The notes under the pieces are model-generated. The model saw only the letters and a program-made list of their open reading frames with translations. It was not told where the DNA came from and made no database searches. This document shows, piece by piece, positions 1 to 12,145 of a DNA stretch of 64,000 nt. How positions within the stretch are numbered: the first letter of the stretch is position 1; each line of letters opens with the position of its first letter. The translations under genes were made by a program, and so were the position numbers. The DNA is from Macrostomum lignano (Eukaryota): the NCBI GenBank assembly GCA_002269645.1, contig NIVC01002769.1, positions 1-64,000 of the forward strand. Direction: 5' to 3'.

Positions 1-3000
1 TTACCAATCAATCTATGAGTGATTCGAGTTAGTGTAAACTATTTTTTAATAACTATAAGCTGTGGCAAGTAGAACTAATTGATCGACAGGTTTTATCAAT
101 TGAGATGACAATATCTCATCACTAGCTACAAATTACTGGGATCATAGGATTCCAAGTAGGCTTAAATATGTTTTATTGCCACATTATATCACTTGAATTT
201 GGAACTAATATGATTGGTGGATGACAAAATGACTCTTTTTAGATAGTGTATGTTAATTAAGATGACAAGTGACTATAGTCGAGGTGAGCACCCCAGACAC
301 CCAGATGACAAAATGACTTGACTAGGTGGTTCCTAGACACTTTGTCATCTTACCACTTTGTTATCCACTCTTATTGTTAGACACTACATTATCTTACCAC
401 TTGGTCATCCATATTACTAATGTGGAACTTTGTCATCTACTCCCTGGACACTTTGTTATCCACTTTTTGTATGGAAAAATTTGTTATATGTAACATGTAT
501 ACTCATATATGCAACTATATAACTATATAACAATATAAAGATAAAGATTAAACATTATACATGCATATATATCTACATATAGCTGCCTCTTCCTTTCATA
601 TTCTGGGCTTGGAACCAGACAATGGCGGAGTCACAACCTATAAAGATAGTCAATAAATATTGTGATTTGTAGCTACATATAGGCACAAAGATCAAAAAGT
701 TCACAAAGCACAAAGAAAATAGCATTAAGACCTATACATAAAAATTGCAAAATTAATTCAATCCTTTTTTTCTAAATCTATCTAAATCTCTAATATTTGT
801 TTGTTTGTTTGTTTGTATGTCCATAACACTCTAGAGCTCACAAATTTTCTTTACCGATTTTGATCGTGTATTTGCCAAAAGATTCAAAATTGCTTGGAAA
901 AAAGACAGTTAAAATCTCTTTAATCTGCTTCCAGTGTTAGGCACCATTAATGAAAATCTTAACTTCTGTTAATGGCAGAAGCATTAGCATTAAAACAAAA
1001 AAATCTTAACTTTGAAGCGCTTGCTGTTTTTTGCTAATTGGCTCTTGGCAAAAATGTAAGATGTCTACTATTTTCACTTATAAACTAGCTGTTTCTTAAA
1101 TGTATTTGCTTCTTATATGTGATTTCATACACCATATTTATAATAAAATTCTGGGTTAGAGTATGCTGGCCACTTCAGTCTTGAGGGGTTAAGTGACCAT
1201 CTTTGCACTTGCATCCCTCTTGGATCTACCATTGTGGTTAGGTTAGTTGGTTGGAGAATTGGCATGTTGCACTTATAGACAGTCTAGCTTAGACTGTATG
1301 TGTGTGAAAGGTTGGTTAATTCCCTGCAGGTAGAACAAGGAGAAATCCATTGCATTAAGTAACATCACTCTAGCTTAGATTGTACTATAAGGTTGTGATT
1401 CAAGGGTTGGTTAAGTCCCTGCAAGTAGAGCAAGGAGAAATCCATGGCCACATACTTTGTTGCCTTCCCTGGGTTGTAGAAGTGATAATGCCAATTTTAT
1501 GCTTAAGGCATTAAGCAAAGAAGCAAAAATAATTATTAGAGCTTGGCAAGTTTAAACATAGAATAAAATTAGGCAATAGTGCAGTTTCTTAATGCGCTAA
1601 ATGCGCGACCTGATGGCTGCCACGGTCTCTGCCACAATTGTTAGAATGGTTTAAAACATCAATTTGTATTGTTGTTATTGTTTTCTGGTTTGGAACTTTC
1701 AAATTTAAACGAAAAATAATTTCACAAACGAAACTGCACTATGCCTAAAATTACAATGAGCACTACTTGTACATTAAAGCATGCATATGCAAAATGTGTA
1801 TACATTGTGTACATTGGATGCCAATTATAGCGACAAGTTGAATCTCTAAGTGTGTATTTTAATCCTATATTTTACAGACTAAATTAATTGAGTAACAATT
1901 TATAACAATAACAATCGAGTAACAATTTACAGCCTTGCTAAATCTTGGGATGACGAAGTGTCCTCAAAATTTGGTCACTTCGTCATCTAGATTTACTAAC
2001 AATTTTTTGATATGACGAAGAGTCCAAAAACCATGGTCACTTTGTTATCAAGATGACGAAGTGGTTAGATGACGAAGTGTCCAGGAGCAGACTAGGTCAA
2101 GACCGTCTAGGAACTCTTTTATAAGAAGAAAGTTGACATTTGCTGAATATTTTAAATAATATAATTTTTTAATGCTATGAGAGAGATTGTATGAAGCAAT
2201 AGAAAAAATACTATGAACACAAAAAGAACAGACGAGGGATGCTCGCTACTGAGGTCCCGCTCCCTGCCTAGACCTGCCTGATTCTGCCTGGTTTCTGAAA
2301 TAAGTTCTTCCATGAAACCATTTGATAATTTAAGCAAAAAGGCCTTAAAAATGCATGAATGTTTAAATAACTCATGTTTTGTAAAGTTTTTGCTTAAATT
2401 TTTATTTTATTTTTTAATATAATTAAAAATAAATACAGCAGTACAAAACAGTTTGTTGTGTCAGGCATTTTCGAAGAAAAGTTTAAACACAGCTTCATTG
2501 TAGCATTTGAGTGCACAAACATGAAACAACTCATGGATAGAGGATATAATAAGAACTAACAATATAATAACTTGATATAATAAGCTTTTATTGATACATT
2601 AAATTGCTGTGTGGAACCGTGTTTCATTACGGTGTGAGAGTTCTTACGCAGGGGTCTAGTCAACAGAAATATAGAAGTTGTTTTGAAATTATGCTGTTCA
2701 ATTGGATTGGGTCCGTTTAAACGGTGAACTCGTCCTCGTCCACCGAATTAATTTTGAAATTTCATTCAACAGTAACAGTTGGTGAATTTACTCGAGAACC
2801 AGGCTTAGTTGACGAAACGACGAGTTTGCCAGTGGCTGTACAGTTAGTTAGGCCTAGGGAAATATTGCCCCCTTGGATATTGCCATATGTAAAGATATAT
2901 TTATATCTGCCCCTCCCCCTGATATAAATCCTAATTAAGCATCTACTTTCTTTAATCTTCAAGCTTATTATGACTTTGTTTTAAATGTAATTACTTTGTT

Positions 3001-3404
3001 TTATATTTAGCTAATGCAATATAAAATATTTTTTATGAAATCACTAATCAGGCTAGGGCCTACATTTTTTAGTATGCAATCCACATTTTGGATCATGTAG
3101 TTAATATAGTAATATGCCCAAAATTTTAGATATGCATTGCCATTGGCTTGCACATCAAAAGTAGGCATGCATAGTTGACATTCATTACTCTTAAAAAATA
3201 ATATATATATACACCTAGCATGCACTTTATATAACAAAACAGATAGAAAAGTTAGTATTAAATAAAAAAAAGATAAAGAAAGTTCATTCATTTTTAAGTG
3301 TTAGTTTCAAGCATTATAGTTTTTAAAGCTTATTAGTAAGGCATTTAAACAAAGCCTTGCTTATATTGATTTTATGTTGTAAATTTTATGCTTTGGTAGC
3401 AAAA

Positions 3405-4470
3405 ATTACTACTTTGGTAATAGCCATTTTGGTAATAGCCACTTTAGTAACAAATGACAATAATAGTACATGTATAGGGCCTATAGCCATATTATTGACA
3501 TATATGCCCAACCTCAAAATTTCATCTATCTGGTGCAACTTGGTTTTGACTTTTGTCTAGATTTGACTTAGATTTTCCTAATTGTGACTTAGTTCCTCTC
3601 GATTGCAACTTAGGCCTAGTTCCCCGTGATTGCAACTTAATTTTCACTCTATATATAAATTTTTTTGCCCTTGTCTCTTTTTTCTCTTTCTCTTTCTCTC
3701 TTCTCTTCCTTTCTCTCTATTTTCTTTTATTTCTTTTCCTTTTCTCTTCCTCTCCTTTCTTCTACCAATTTTTCATTTTTCATGTTTTTGATTTTGTGAC
3801 TTACCTTGGCTTGTGGCCATTTCACCTATCTAGTTCAAACAGGTTGGACAGGTGTTGGGAATGTATGTTAATTGATATGGTCCAAAAGAATGCACCAATG
3901 AACTTTTTAAAAAGAACAACAAAAATAATTAGGCCTAAGAAACATTCTTATACACTTTGAGAGATTTAGATTGATGAAATAAACTGCAAATCTGCATATG
4001 TTTATCTTTTAAAAAAGTGTTTTTATCAATCTATTTTAATTTTGGGATACCTTAGATACATGTACTGTGACATCTTGTAATTGATCAAATATGATGCACA
4101 TTAGATTATCTAAGTTAACAATTTAAAACTACAGAATCTACTTTTATCCTTCATTAATTACTTCATTTTCAATTTCAATGCTTAATTTTCTTTGCTTTCA
4201 AATGTTTCATAAAGTTAACATGCAAATTTAAAACAAATTAAAATATAGTTCAACTAGAAAATTAAACCATACATTGTAATTAAGTATTCAAGATTAAAAT
4301 TAATTATCTAATTGTTGCAAGAGGTAATTACCATAAAGATATAAAGTTGAAAATTGTAAATCTGCTTTGCTATTGAACTGGCTGTTATCAAAGTGGCTGT
4401 TACCAAAGCAGTCATTTTTTGTTACTGAAGTGGCACTGTGGCAGTTACCAGAGTGGCTGTTACCAAAGTG
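3405..4470. mobile_element. Possible degenerate foldback/MITE with subterminal inverted repeats
   Basis: ACTTTGGTAATAGCCATTTTGGTAATAGCCACTTTAGTAAC (~3410-3450) is roughly the reverse complement of GTTATCAAAGTGGCTGTTACCAAAG / GTTACCAGAGTGGCTGTTACCAAAG (~4383-4470). No TSD identified. Confidence 0.3.
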
Positions 4471-4889
4471 GATTGTATTTGTAAATAGTATAAGCAAAAA
4501 AGCAAAATAATCAAGCACTTAATTTTTTGTATGCATTTGTAATTATTTATTTTTTGTTCAGGCATGCACCTAGCATGATCTGGACTATGGCATATAGTCT
4601 AGACCTCAACCTGTGCAATTGCTTCCTATTCAGCTAGATCGAGAATAACTTTTAGAAAGTTAAAAAGTACTGAAAAACCTTTAAAAATGAAAAATCTGTC
4701 CATGTTTGTGTCATAGTCATATATATGATTTATATATATGTTAATAATGTCAGAGTTGTTGACTATCATTTTGTCTATTGCCAATTTTTCTGCCACTCTT
4801 GTTTGCAAAAAATATAATGCAAATATTTTGTTCACCACAAAATATAAAGTATAATGTCAGTGCTTAAATTTTATAGACATGCTTGGGCA

Positions 4890-5043
4890 CAACCTTGGGA
4901 TTCACTCGGCTGTTTCTATTGGCAACACACACACACACATGTAAGTTGCTATTGGACAGAATAGTAGTCACGTGACTGCTCTCAGCCAATAGCGACTTAC
5001 GTGTGTGTTGCCAATAGAAACAGCCGAGTGAATCTCAAGGTTG
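4890..5043. mobile_element. ~154-bp near-perfect palindrome (MITE-like hairpin) centred on AGTCACGTGACT
   Basis: Left arm CAACCTTGGGATTCACTCGGCTGTTTCTATTGGCAACACAC pairs with right arm GTGTGTTGCCAATAGAAACAGCCGAGTGAATCTCAAGGTTG. Centre lies between 4971 and 4972. Confidence 0.7.
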
Positions 5044-5537
5044 CGCATGTATGTTTATAGAGATAGTAATAAGATAATAACAGTTTTATTTAAGAATTTT
5101 TTAAAAAATTTACAAAATTGTTGTTTTTTAAGTTTATAAAATAGTTTTGAAAACATTTAATTTAGAATTCTATTTTTATAGTTCTAAGCCTTTGTGAGCT
5201 GCAAAAAGTTTGTTGAAGTCTATAAATCCTCTATGTTTTGCAAAATATTTGCAAATTAAAATTTATAGTAGAAGTCTTGAAATTTCAAGAATCCTACTTA
5301 TTATAGCATGTCTGATATTTGAAATTTAACCACGTTTCAATTTAAAAAAAAATGACTTTATTTAACTGGTATCCAGTTTGAAACAATAACAGAATTCTAA
5401 TTTCAGATGCCCAAGTTATTGTTTGTGTGTTTTCATTCTTAAAAATATTTTAGCAAACTTTTTTGCATAGGTCTAATTGTTTAAAAGGAATGCTTTAACA
5501 TGTAATAATTTCATATCCTTTATTTTTGAATTCAACA

Positions 5538-7499
5538 ATGAAAATCACCTGCATTGCATTCCTGATCATATTGCTATTGTTCATACCAACAGTCATCACT
5601 GGCAATAGTGACTCAAATAAGAAGCTGCACTTGTGCCAGAAGGTAGAAGCAACTGCCGCCACAAAGCCATCAGCCAACAATGATGCGCATGTACTGCTAG
5701 TTCACATCCAGCATTCAGATTCCAATGCTGACAAACAATTAGCCACTGTCTCAACTGCAGTGAGTCACGCCATTCAAATGTCTGGTCAGTCAATTGAATG
5801 TCGCTACCGGTTGCTGTCAGCTGGCGAGGCAGATCCTTTGGCGCCTCAGCTGACAGCCCAGCTGCCAGTTGCTTATCTGCTGCTCCTGGGCCAGACTGAC
5901 TGGCAACCGTTGCTGTTTGCGGAGACTGAGCTCACTGGAGACAAGCTGCTGGCCAGGTTGACTGAGCAACCGGCTGTTGTTCAGGACTTGGATGATGGCA
6001 ATTTTGAAGGCCTAACCCAGGCTGCCACAGGTGAGTAGATAACCATTAATATCCATGCGAAGTTACCTATTCCCTTTTAAAATTGTTCTTCAGATAATTT
6101 GTTACATTTGAGTGGGGTGGCGGTTGCCACCGGTTGGCCTAGCAACTGTGGATCTGGGAGGCTGGCCCAGCAACTGAGGATCTGATAGGCTGACCCAGCA
6201 ACTGAGGATCTGATAGGCTGGCCCAGCAACTGAGGATCTGGGAGGCTGGCCCAGCAACTGAGGATCTGGAGGCTGGCACAGCAACTGAGGATCTGGGAGG
6301 CTGGCCCAGCAACTGAGGATCTTAGGAGGCTGGCCCAGCAACTGAGGATCTGGGAGGCTGGCTCAGCAACTGAGGATCTGGGAGGCTGGCCCAGCAACTG
6401 AGGATCTGGGAGGCTGGCCCAGCAACTGAGGATCTGGGAGGCTGGCCCAGCAACTGAGGATCTTAGGAGGCTGGCCCAGCAACTGAGGATCTTAGGAGGC
6501 TGGCCCAGCAACTGAGGATCTGGGAGGCTGGCCCAGCAACTGAGGATCTTAGGAGGCTGGCCCAGCAACTGAGGATCTTAGGAGGCTGGCCCAGCAACTG
6601 AGGATCTTAGGAGGCTGGCCCAGCAACTGAGGATCTGGGAGGCTGGCCCAGCAACTGAGGATCTGGGAGGCTGGCTCAGCAACTGAGGATCTGGGAGGCT
6701 GGCCCAGCAACTGGGGATCTGGGAGGCTGGCCCAGCAACTGAGGATCTTAGGAGGCTGGCCCAGCAACTGAGGATCTTAGGAGGCTGGCCCAGCAACTGA
6801 GGATCTTAGGAGGCTGGCCCAGCAACTGAGGATCTGGGAGGCTGGCCCAGCAACTGAGGATCTGAGAAGCTGGCCCAGCAACTGAGGATCTGGGAGGCTG
6901 GCCCAGCAACTGAGGATCTGGGAAACTCGTGGGCCAGCCAGCAGCTGAGGATCTGAGAAGTCAAATTAGAAAGTCAGATTGAATGAAGATCTCCCCCACT
7001 CCACCCAGGCAGCACCACAGGCCACTGGCTTGTCGCATTCCTGGATCCCAAAGATGCGCAGCTGTCATCAAAAACCCGCATCCTCACCGGCTTGGCCCAG
7101 TCGCTTCGCCCGCTGCACGTCAGCGCAGCTCGAGTGCTGCTGACCGAAGCCTCCCACGCCACGGCTGCTCGATTCGGCATTGCCAAGCCCAACAGTCTGC
7201 TGCTGTTCCGGTCCGGGGCCTTCTATAAGCTGCCGCACCAGCTGCACAGCTGGAGACTTGTGCTGGCATTCGCCAGGCACGGCTACTCAGATGCCAAGAA
7301 ATTCCCTGTGCCGGCGGCTCCCACGCCATTCGATCACGCTGTTGACGCTGTGGTCGCATTCCTGCTGTCCTTCAATGGAGTTGGCGTATCGCCAGTTTAC
7401 ATTGCCATCTGCGCCGGCCTGTTTGTGCTGATGGCTTGCATCATTGCAGTGTGCCTGTGCGCCGGTAAAGGCCTCTCAAAAGTTACCAAAACTGATTGA
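5538..7499 (+). CDS. Thioredoxin-fold (TMX/PDI-like) type I membrane protein, CxxC absent, 327 aa; exons 5538-6030, 7009-7499
   Basis: Signal peptide MKITCIAFLIILLLFIPTVITG. Phase-1 intron with G|GTGAGT donor and CCACCCAG| acceptor joins VQDLDDGNFEGLTQAATG-STTGHWLVAF, the typical thioredoxin beta1-alpha1-beta2 start. RFGIAKPNSLLLFRSGAFY is the cis-Pro region. C-terminal TM segment; AATAAA at 7604. Confidence 0.8.
6140..6960. repeat. Intronic minisatellite, 28/29-bp unit CTGGGAGGCTGGCCCAGCAACTGAGGAT
   Basis: About 28 tandem copies read directly. The same unit occurs inverted at 44270-44875. Confidence 0.95.
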
Positions 7500-7679
7500 G
7501 TTTGAGTCTGAGTTGCTTTTATCCACGTTTGTCTTTTTAGCTTATGGTTTCGGTCAGTTCATTGTGTTTACATGTATTTATTTGTTTATTTATTTATCTT
7601 GCAAATAAATCAGTGTATGCGTGTTTATCGACTACTTTATTAGTTTATTTCATGCTATTTTTTAGCAATATGCCTGTTG

Positions 7680-8000
7680 AAATCGTTACCGTGACAGGAA
7701 TCGGTAAAGAGTGATTGTAAAAAAAACTTGTGACTTATCAACGACGCAAACGACGACAATGCGACTGTTAAGTCACGAGAGCATCACGTGATCTGTAGAA
7801 TCGTAAAAGAGGCTCATAAAATTTACTCAAGAGTCGGTATTTTTGGCGCTTAACTTTCTGCTAAACTCTATAAACAAACTAAATTCGAAGTAGATTCGAA
7901 ATGGCGGTTCTAATTCATAGTGACGCAGACGCGCTTTAGACGCAAGTCAGTGACTCTACAGCGGCTCTGGCACGCCTCAACTTCGACTCTACAACCTTTG
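7680..8000. promoter_or_regulatory. CpG-containing putative promoter with E-box TCACGTGA (7784-7791) and YY1-like AAATGGCGG (7899-7907)
   Basis: Local CpG enrichment in an AT-rich background, ~300-550 bp upstream of the ATG at 8265. Motif match only. Confidence 0.35.
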
Positions 8001-8264
8001 AGTTATCATAGAAGCAAACTGTGTTACACCATTTTCATGGAAATTAAAATTGAAGCCTAAATAAATTCCATGTCCTCAGTAGCCTACTACTCAATCTCGA
8101 TAGTAGAAAGTAGAACATTTTAGCATCATTTTTTGTGCGAACATTTAAAATAATAAATTTAAATAGATTTCATATTCTCTATAGCCTGCTCAATTGGATC
8201 AGTAGAAAGTAAGACATTTTACCATTATTTTAGTTAAAAGCATTCTAATAGTTTTTTTTTTCAA

Positions 8265-10050
8265 ATGAATTTCATGCGTCGTCAGCAGCAGCAGTGGCAG
8301 CGTCATGCTGCTGAACAGTTGCGCCGTCGTCAGCAACAGCTGGAAGCCAAACTGGCCGCCGACGCCGAGCGTCTTCAACGCCAACGCGACGAGGCAAACC
8401 GGTTAAGAGCTGAGAAAGCGGCTCAGGCTGAGGCGCGCAGAAGACGCGTGCTTGAGACGGCGCAGCGACTGCAGCGCGAGCGGCTGCAGCGACTGAAGTC
8501 TGGCGCTGCCGCAGCCCATGCTGTCCAGCCGCCTCAAACTCAGACAAAGAAAATTAATTTGAAAACTCCGCGGACAGCAAAGCATCGACAGGTCTGCTGC
8601 GAGCAGTCCACCGCTGTCAAGGCTGTTTTTAGTGCTGCATCGCCGCAGCAGATGCAGAAATTGGAGCAGATTGTTGAACTGCGCAAGCCGCTGCTTGATA
8701 GTTGTGGAAGCTTGGTAAGAATATACCAATTCCCTGACTTTCGTTTCATCATCTATCTGCCCTGCTAGATATCAATTTACTAAATCTATCTGCCCTGCTA
8801 GATATCAATCTACCAAATATATCTGCCCTGCTAGATATAAATCTACAAAATCTATCTGCCCTGCTATATATCAATCTACCAAATCTATCTGCCCTGCTAG
8901 ATTTCAATCTACCAAATCTATCTGCCCCGCTAGATATCAATCTACCAAATCTATCTGCCCTGCTATATATCAATCTACCAAATCTATCTGCCCCGCTAGA
9001 TATCAATCTACCAAATCTATCTGCCCTGCTAGATATCAATCTACCAAATCTATCTGCCCCGCTAGATATCAATCTACCAAATCTATCTGCCCTGCTAGAT
9101 ATCAATCTACCAAATCTATCTGCCCTGCTAGATATCAATCTACCAAATCTATCTGCCCCGCTAGATATCAATCTACCAAATCTATCTGCCCTGCTAGATA
9201 TCAATCTACCAAATCTATCTGCCCTGCTAGATATCAATCTACCAAATCTATCTGCCCCGCTAGATATCAATCTACCAAATCTATCTGCTCTGCTATATAT
9301 CAATCTACCAAATCTATCTGCCCCGCTAGATATCAATCTACCAAATCTATCTGCCCCGCTAGATATCAATCTACCAAATCTATCTGCCCTGCTAGATATC
9401 AATCTACCAATTCTATCTGCCCCGAAAAACCTCCGCAGGCCCTGCAGAGCTCCAATCAGCTGCAGCCGGAGTCTCAGCCTCCGCCGCCACCGACGCCGCT
9501 GCCTCCCCAACTCGACCTGTCAATCAGCGACGTCACAATTGAGTTTGAGCAGGACGAGAATCATCATCCCAGCCAGTTGCAGCAGCAGCAGCAGCAACAG
9601 ATCGAAGACCAAGCCTCAAAAGCAGAAGACGCCAAGCCACCTGAAGCAGAGCCCGATGAAGATTTATCAGACTATGAAGACGAAGAGGACGAGCCGGATT
9701 TCAGCCGGCCAGAATTCGCGGACGATGCTCTGGCCGACTGGGTGACCGAGGACAATCTGCACTGGATGTTCTCTCGCCAGGCTGTCGAAGGCCTTCGCTG
9801 GTGGCACGTGTTCCGCCCAGTGGATGCCGGAAGCAAACTGGCCAACAGTCTGGTCCGAGCATTCGAAGATGTTGCGACAAAAAGCGATTCAACAGATGAC
9901 GTTAATGATGAGGATTCTATTAATAATAATGATGATGATGGCCATAGCCGGAGGAGGAGGCGGTGCTGGCTGAGTCGCCGCGGTAGCTCGGCTCTGTGGG
10001 ACACTCCGCCTAGCGAAGTGGTTCGGCGTCAAATTCAAGATAATCGCTAG
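8265..10050 (+). CDS. Uncharacterised protein, 353 aa (coiled-coil N-terminus, Pro/Gln-rich linker, acidic region); exons 8265-8714, 9439-10050
   Basis: ORF 8265 with donor TTG|GTAAGA at 8715 and acceptor CTCCGCAG| at 9438. Both are phase 0 and in frame with the ORF at 9577-10050. Exons are GC-rich and codon-like. Confidence 0.7.
8745..9422. repeat. Intronic minisatellite, 33-bp unit TCTATCTGCCCTGCTAGATATCAATCTACCAAA
   Basis: About 20 tandem copies, ending ~15 bp before the acceptor. Confidence 0.95.
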
Positions 10051-10434
10051 CAATTATGCGTAATTATCACCCATCAATACTTATCAATTATTATAAAATT
10101 CTAAAAAGAAAAATCCATGTCCTCACTAGCCTACTCAGTCGCGTGAGTAGAAATTAGGACATTTTACCATTCTTTTTTGCAAAGAAGAATAATTAGTGCC
10201 ATATACCGTATTACTTGTTGTCAGTAGCTTGTTGCTTACTTCATGTGTGAACTGTTTAGCAATATTATTGTATCTGTTTAGTTCTGTATAAAATTTCTAA
10301 TTAATTAGTCTGCCTTTTTACATCTGTTTTGAACTGCAAAAATGTACTCTTACTTTTGTGTTGCGTCCGTAAGTTTTTAGCTGCGTCTCTTGTGAGAGCT
10401 GTTTACAATCTCACTTTGGCGGCTTTTATCTCTC

Positions 10435-12145
10435 CCAGATCTCTTATCTTAGTCTGACATCTCTCATCTTAGTCTGAGATCTCTCATCTTAGTCTGAGAT
10501 CTCTCTTCTTAGTCTGAGATCTCTCTTCTTAGTCTGAGATCTCTCATCTTAGTCTGACATGTATCATCTTAGTCTGAGATCTCTCATCTTAGTCTGACAT
10601 CTCTCATCTTAGTCTGAGATCTCTCATCTTAGTCTGACATGTATCATCTTAGTCTGAGATCTCTCATCTTAGTCTGAGATCTCTCATCTTAGTCTGACAT
10701 CTCTTATCTTAGTCTGACATCTCTTATCTTAGTCTGACAGACATCTCTCATCTTAGTCTGAGATCTCTCTTCTTAGTCTGAGATCTCTCATCTTAGTCTG
10801 AGATCTCTCATCTTAGTCTGAGATCTCTCATCTTAGTCTGAGATCTCTCATCTTAGTCTGAGATCTCTCATCTTAGTCGACATCTCTCATCTTAGTCTGA
10901 GATCTCTCATCTTAGTCTGAGATCTCTCATCTTAGTCTAACATCTCTCATCTTAGTCTGACATCTCTTATCTTAGTCTGACAGACATCTCTCATCTTAGT
11001 CTGAGATCTCTCTTCTTAGTCTGAGATCTCTCATCTTAGTCTGACATGTATCATCTTAGTCTGAGATCTCTCATCTTAGTCTGAAATCTCTTATCTTAGT
11101 CTGAGATCTCTCATCTTAGTCTGAAATCTCTTATCTTAGTCTGAGATCTCTCATCTTAGTCTGACATCTCTTATCTTAGTCTGACATCTCTCATCTTAGT
11201 CTGACATCTCTTATCTTAGTCTGACAGACATCTCTCATCTTAGTCTGAGATCTCTCTTCTTAGTCTAACATCTCTCATCTTAGTCTGACATCTCTTATCT
11301 TAGTCTGACAGACATCTCTCATCTTAGTCTGAGATCTCTCTTCTTAGTCTGAGATCTCTCATCTTAGTCTGACATCTCTTATCTTAGTCTGACAGACATC
11401 TCTCATCTTAGTCTGAGATCTCTCATCTTAGTCTGACATGTATCATCTTAGTCTGAGATCTCTCATCTTAGTCTGAAATCTCTTATCTTAGTCTGAGATC
11501 TCTCATCTTAGTCTGACATCTCTTATCTTAGTCTGACAGACATCTCTCATCTTAGTCTGAGATCTCTCTTCTTAGTCTGAGATCTCTCATCTTAGTCTGA
11601 CATCTCTCATCTTAGTCTGAGATCTCTCATCTTAGTCTGAGATCTCTCATCTTAGTCTAACATCTCTCATCTTAGTCTGACATCTCTTATCTTAGTCTGA
11701 CAGACATCTCTCATCTTAGTCTGAGATCTCTCTTCTTAGTCTGAGATCTCTCATCTTAGTCTGACATATATCATCTTAGTCTGAGATCTCTCATCTTAGT
11801 CTGAAATCTCTTATCTTAGTCTGAGATCTCTCATCTTAGTCTGACATCTCTTATCTTAGTCTGACAGACATCTCTCATCTTAGTCTGAGATCTCTCATCT
11901 TAGTCTGACATGTATCATCTTAGTCTGAGATCTCTCATCTTAGTCTGAAATCTCTTATCTTAGTCTGAGATCTCTCATCTTAGTCTGACATCTCTTATCT
12001 TAGTCTGACAGACATCTCTCATCTTAGTCTGAGATCTCTCTTCTTAGTCTGAGATCTCTCATCTTAGTCTGACATATCTTATCTTAGTCTGACAGACATC
12101 TCTCATCTTAGTCTGAGATCTCTCTTCTTAGTCTGAGATCTCTGA
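10435..12145. repeat. Intergenic minisatellite, 20-bp unit GATCTCTCATCTTAGTCTGA with higher-order variants
   Basis: About 84 copies. Recurring variants include a GACA insertion and CATGTATCAT. Confidence 0.97.

Noticed and set aside
220-2095. GATGACGAAGTG / CACTTTGTCATC motif clusters at ~220-470 and ~1945-2090, and a two-copy ~90-bp duplication at ~1280-1450
   Set aside because: Probably decayed non-autonomous elements. Boundaries could not be defined well enough to call.
2152-4838. Short AT-rich ORFs (61-135 aa), and similar ones at 23548, 29153, 31083, 40717, 43176
   Set aside because: Low-complexity or hydrophobic by composition, mostly non-ATG starts, with no splice or motif support. 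The 42456-42770 ORF is the antisense of a real Mint exon.
6077-6796. Multiple LGQPP/SCWASL ORFs, also at 44229-45016
   Set aside because: Products of the 28/29-bp minisatellite, with frequent frame changes.
8749-9510. 253-aa minus-strand ORF (SRADRFGRLIS repeats)
   Set aside because: Antisense read-through of the 33-bp intronic array.
10114-10160. Helitron 3' end (hairpin followed by CTAG|T on the minus strand)
   Set aside because: CTAG is only 1 nt from the stem rather than ~10, the sister copy lacks CTAG, and no 5' TC end was identified.
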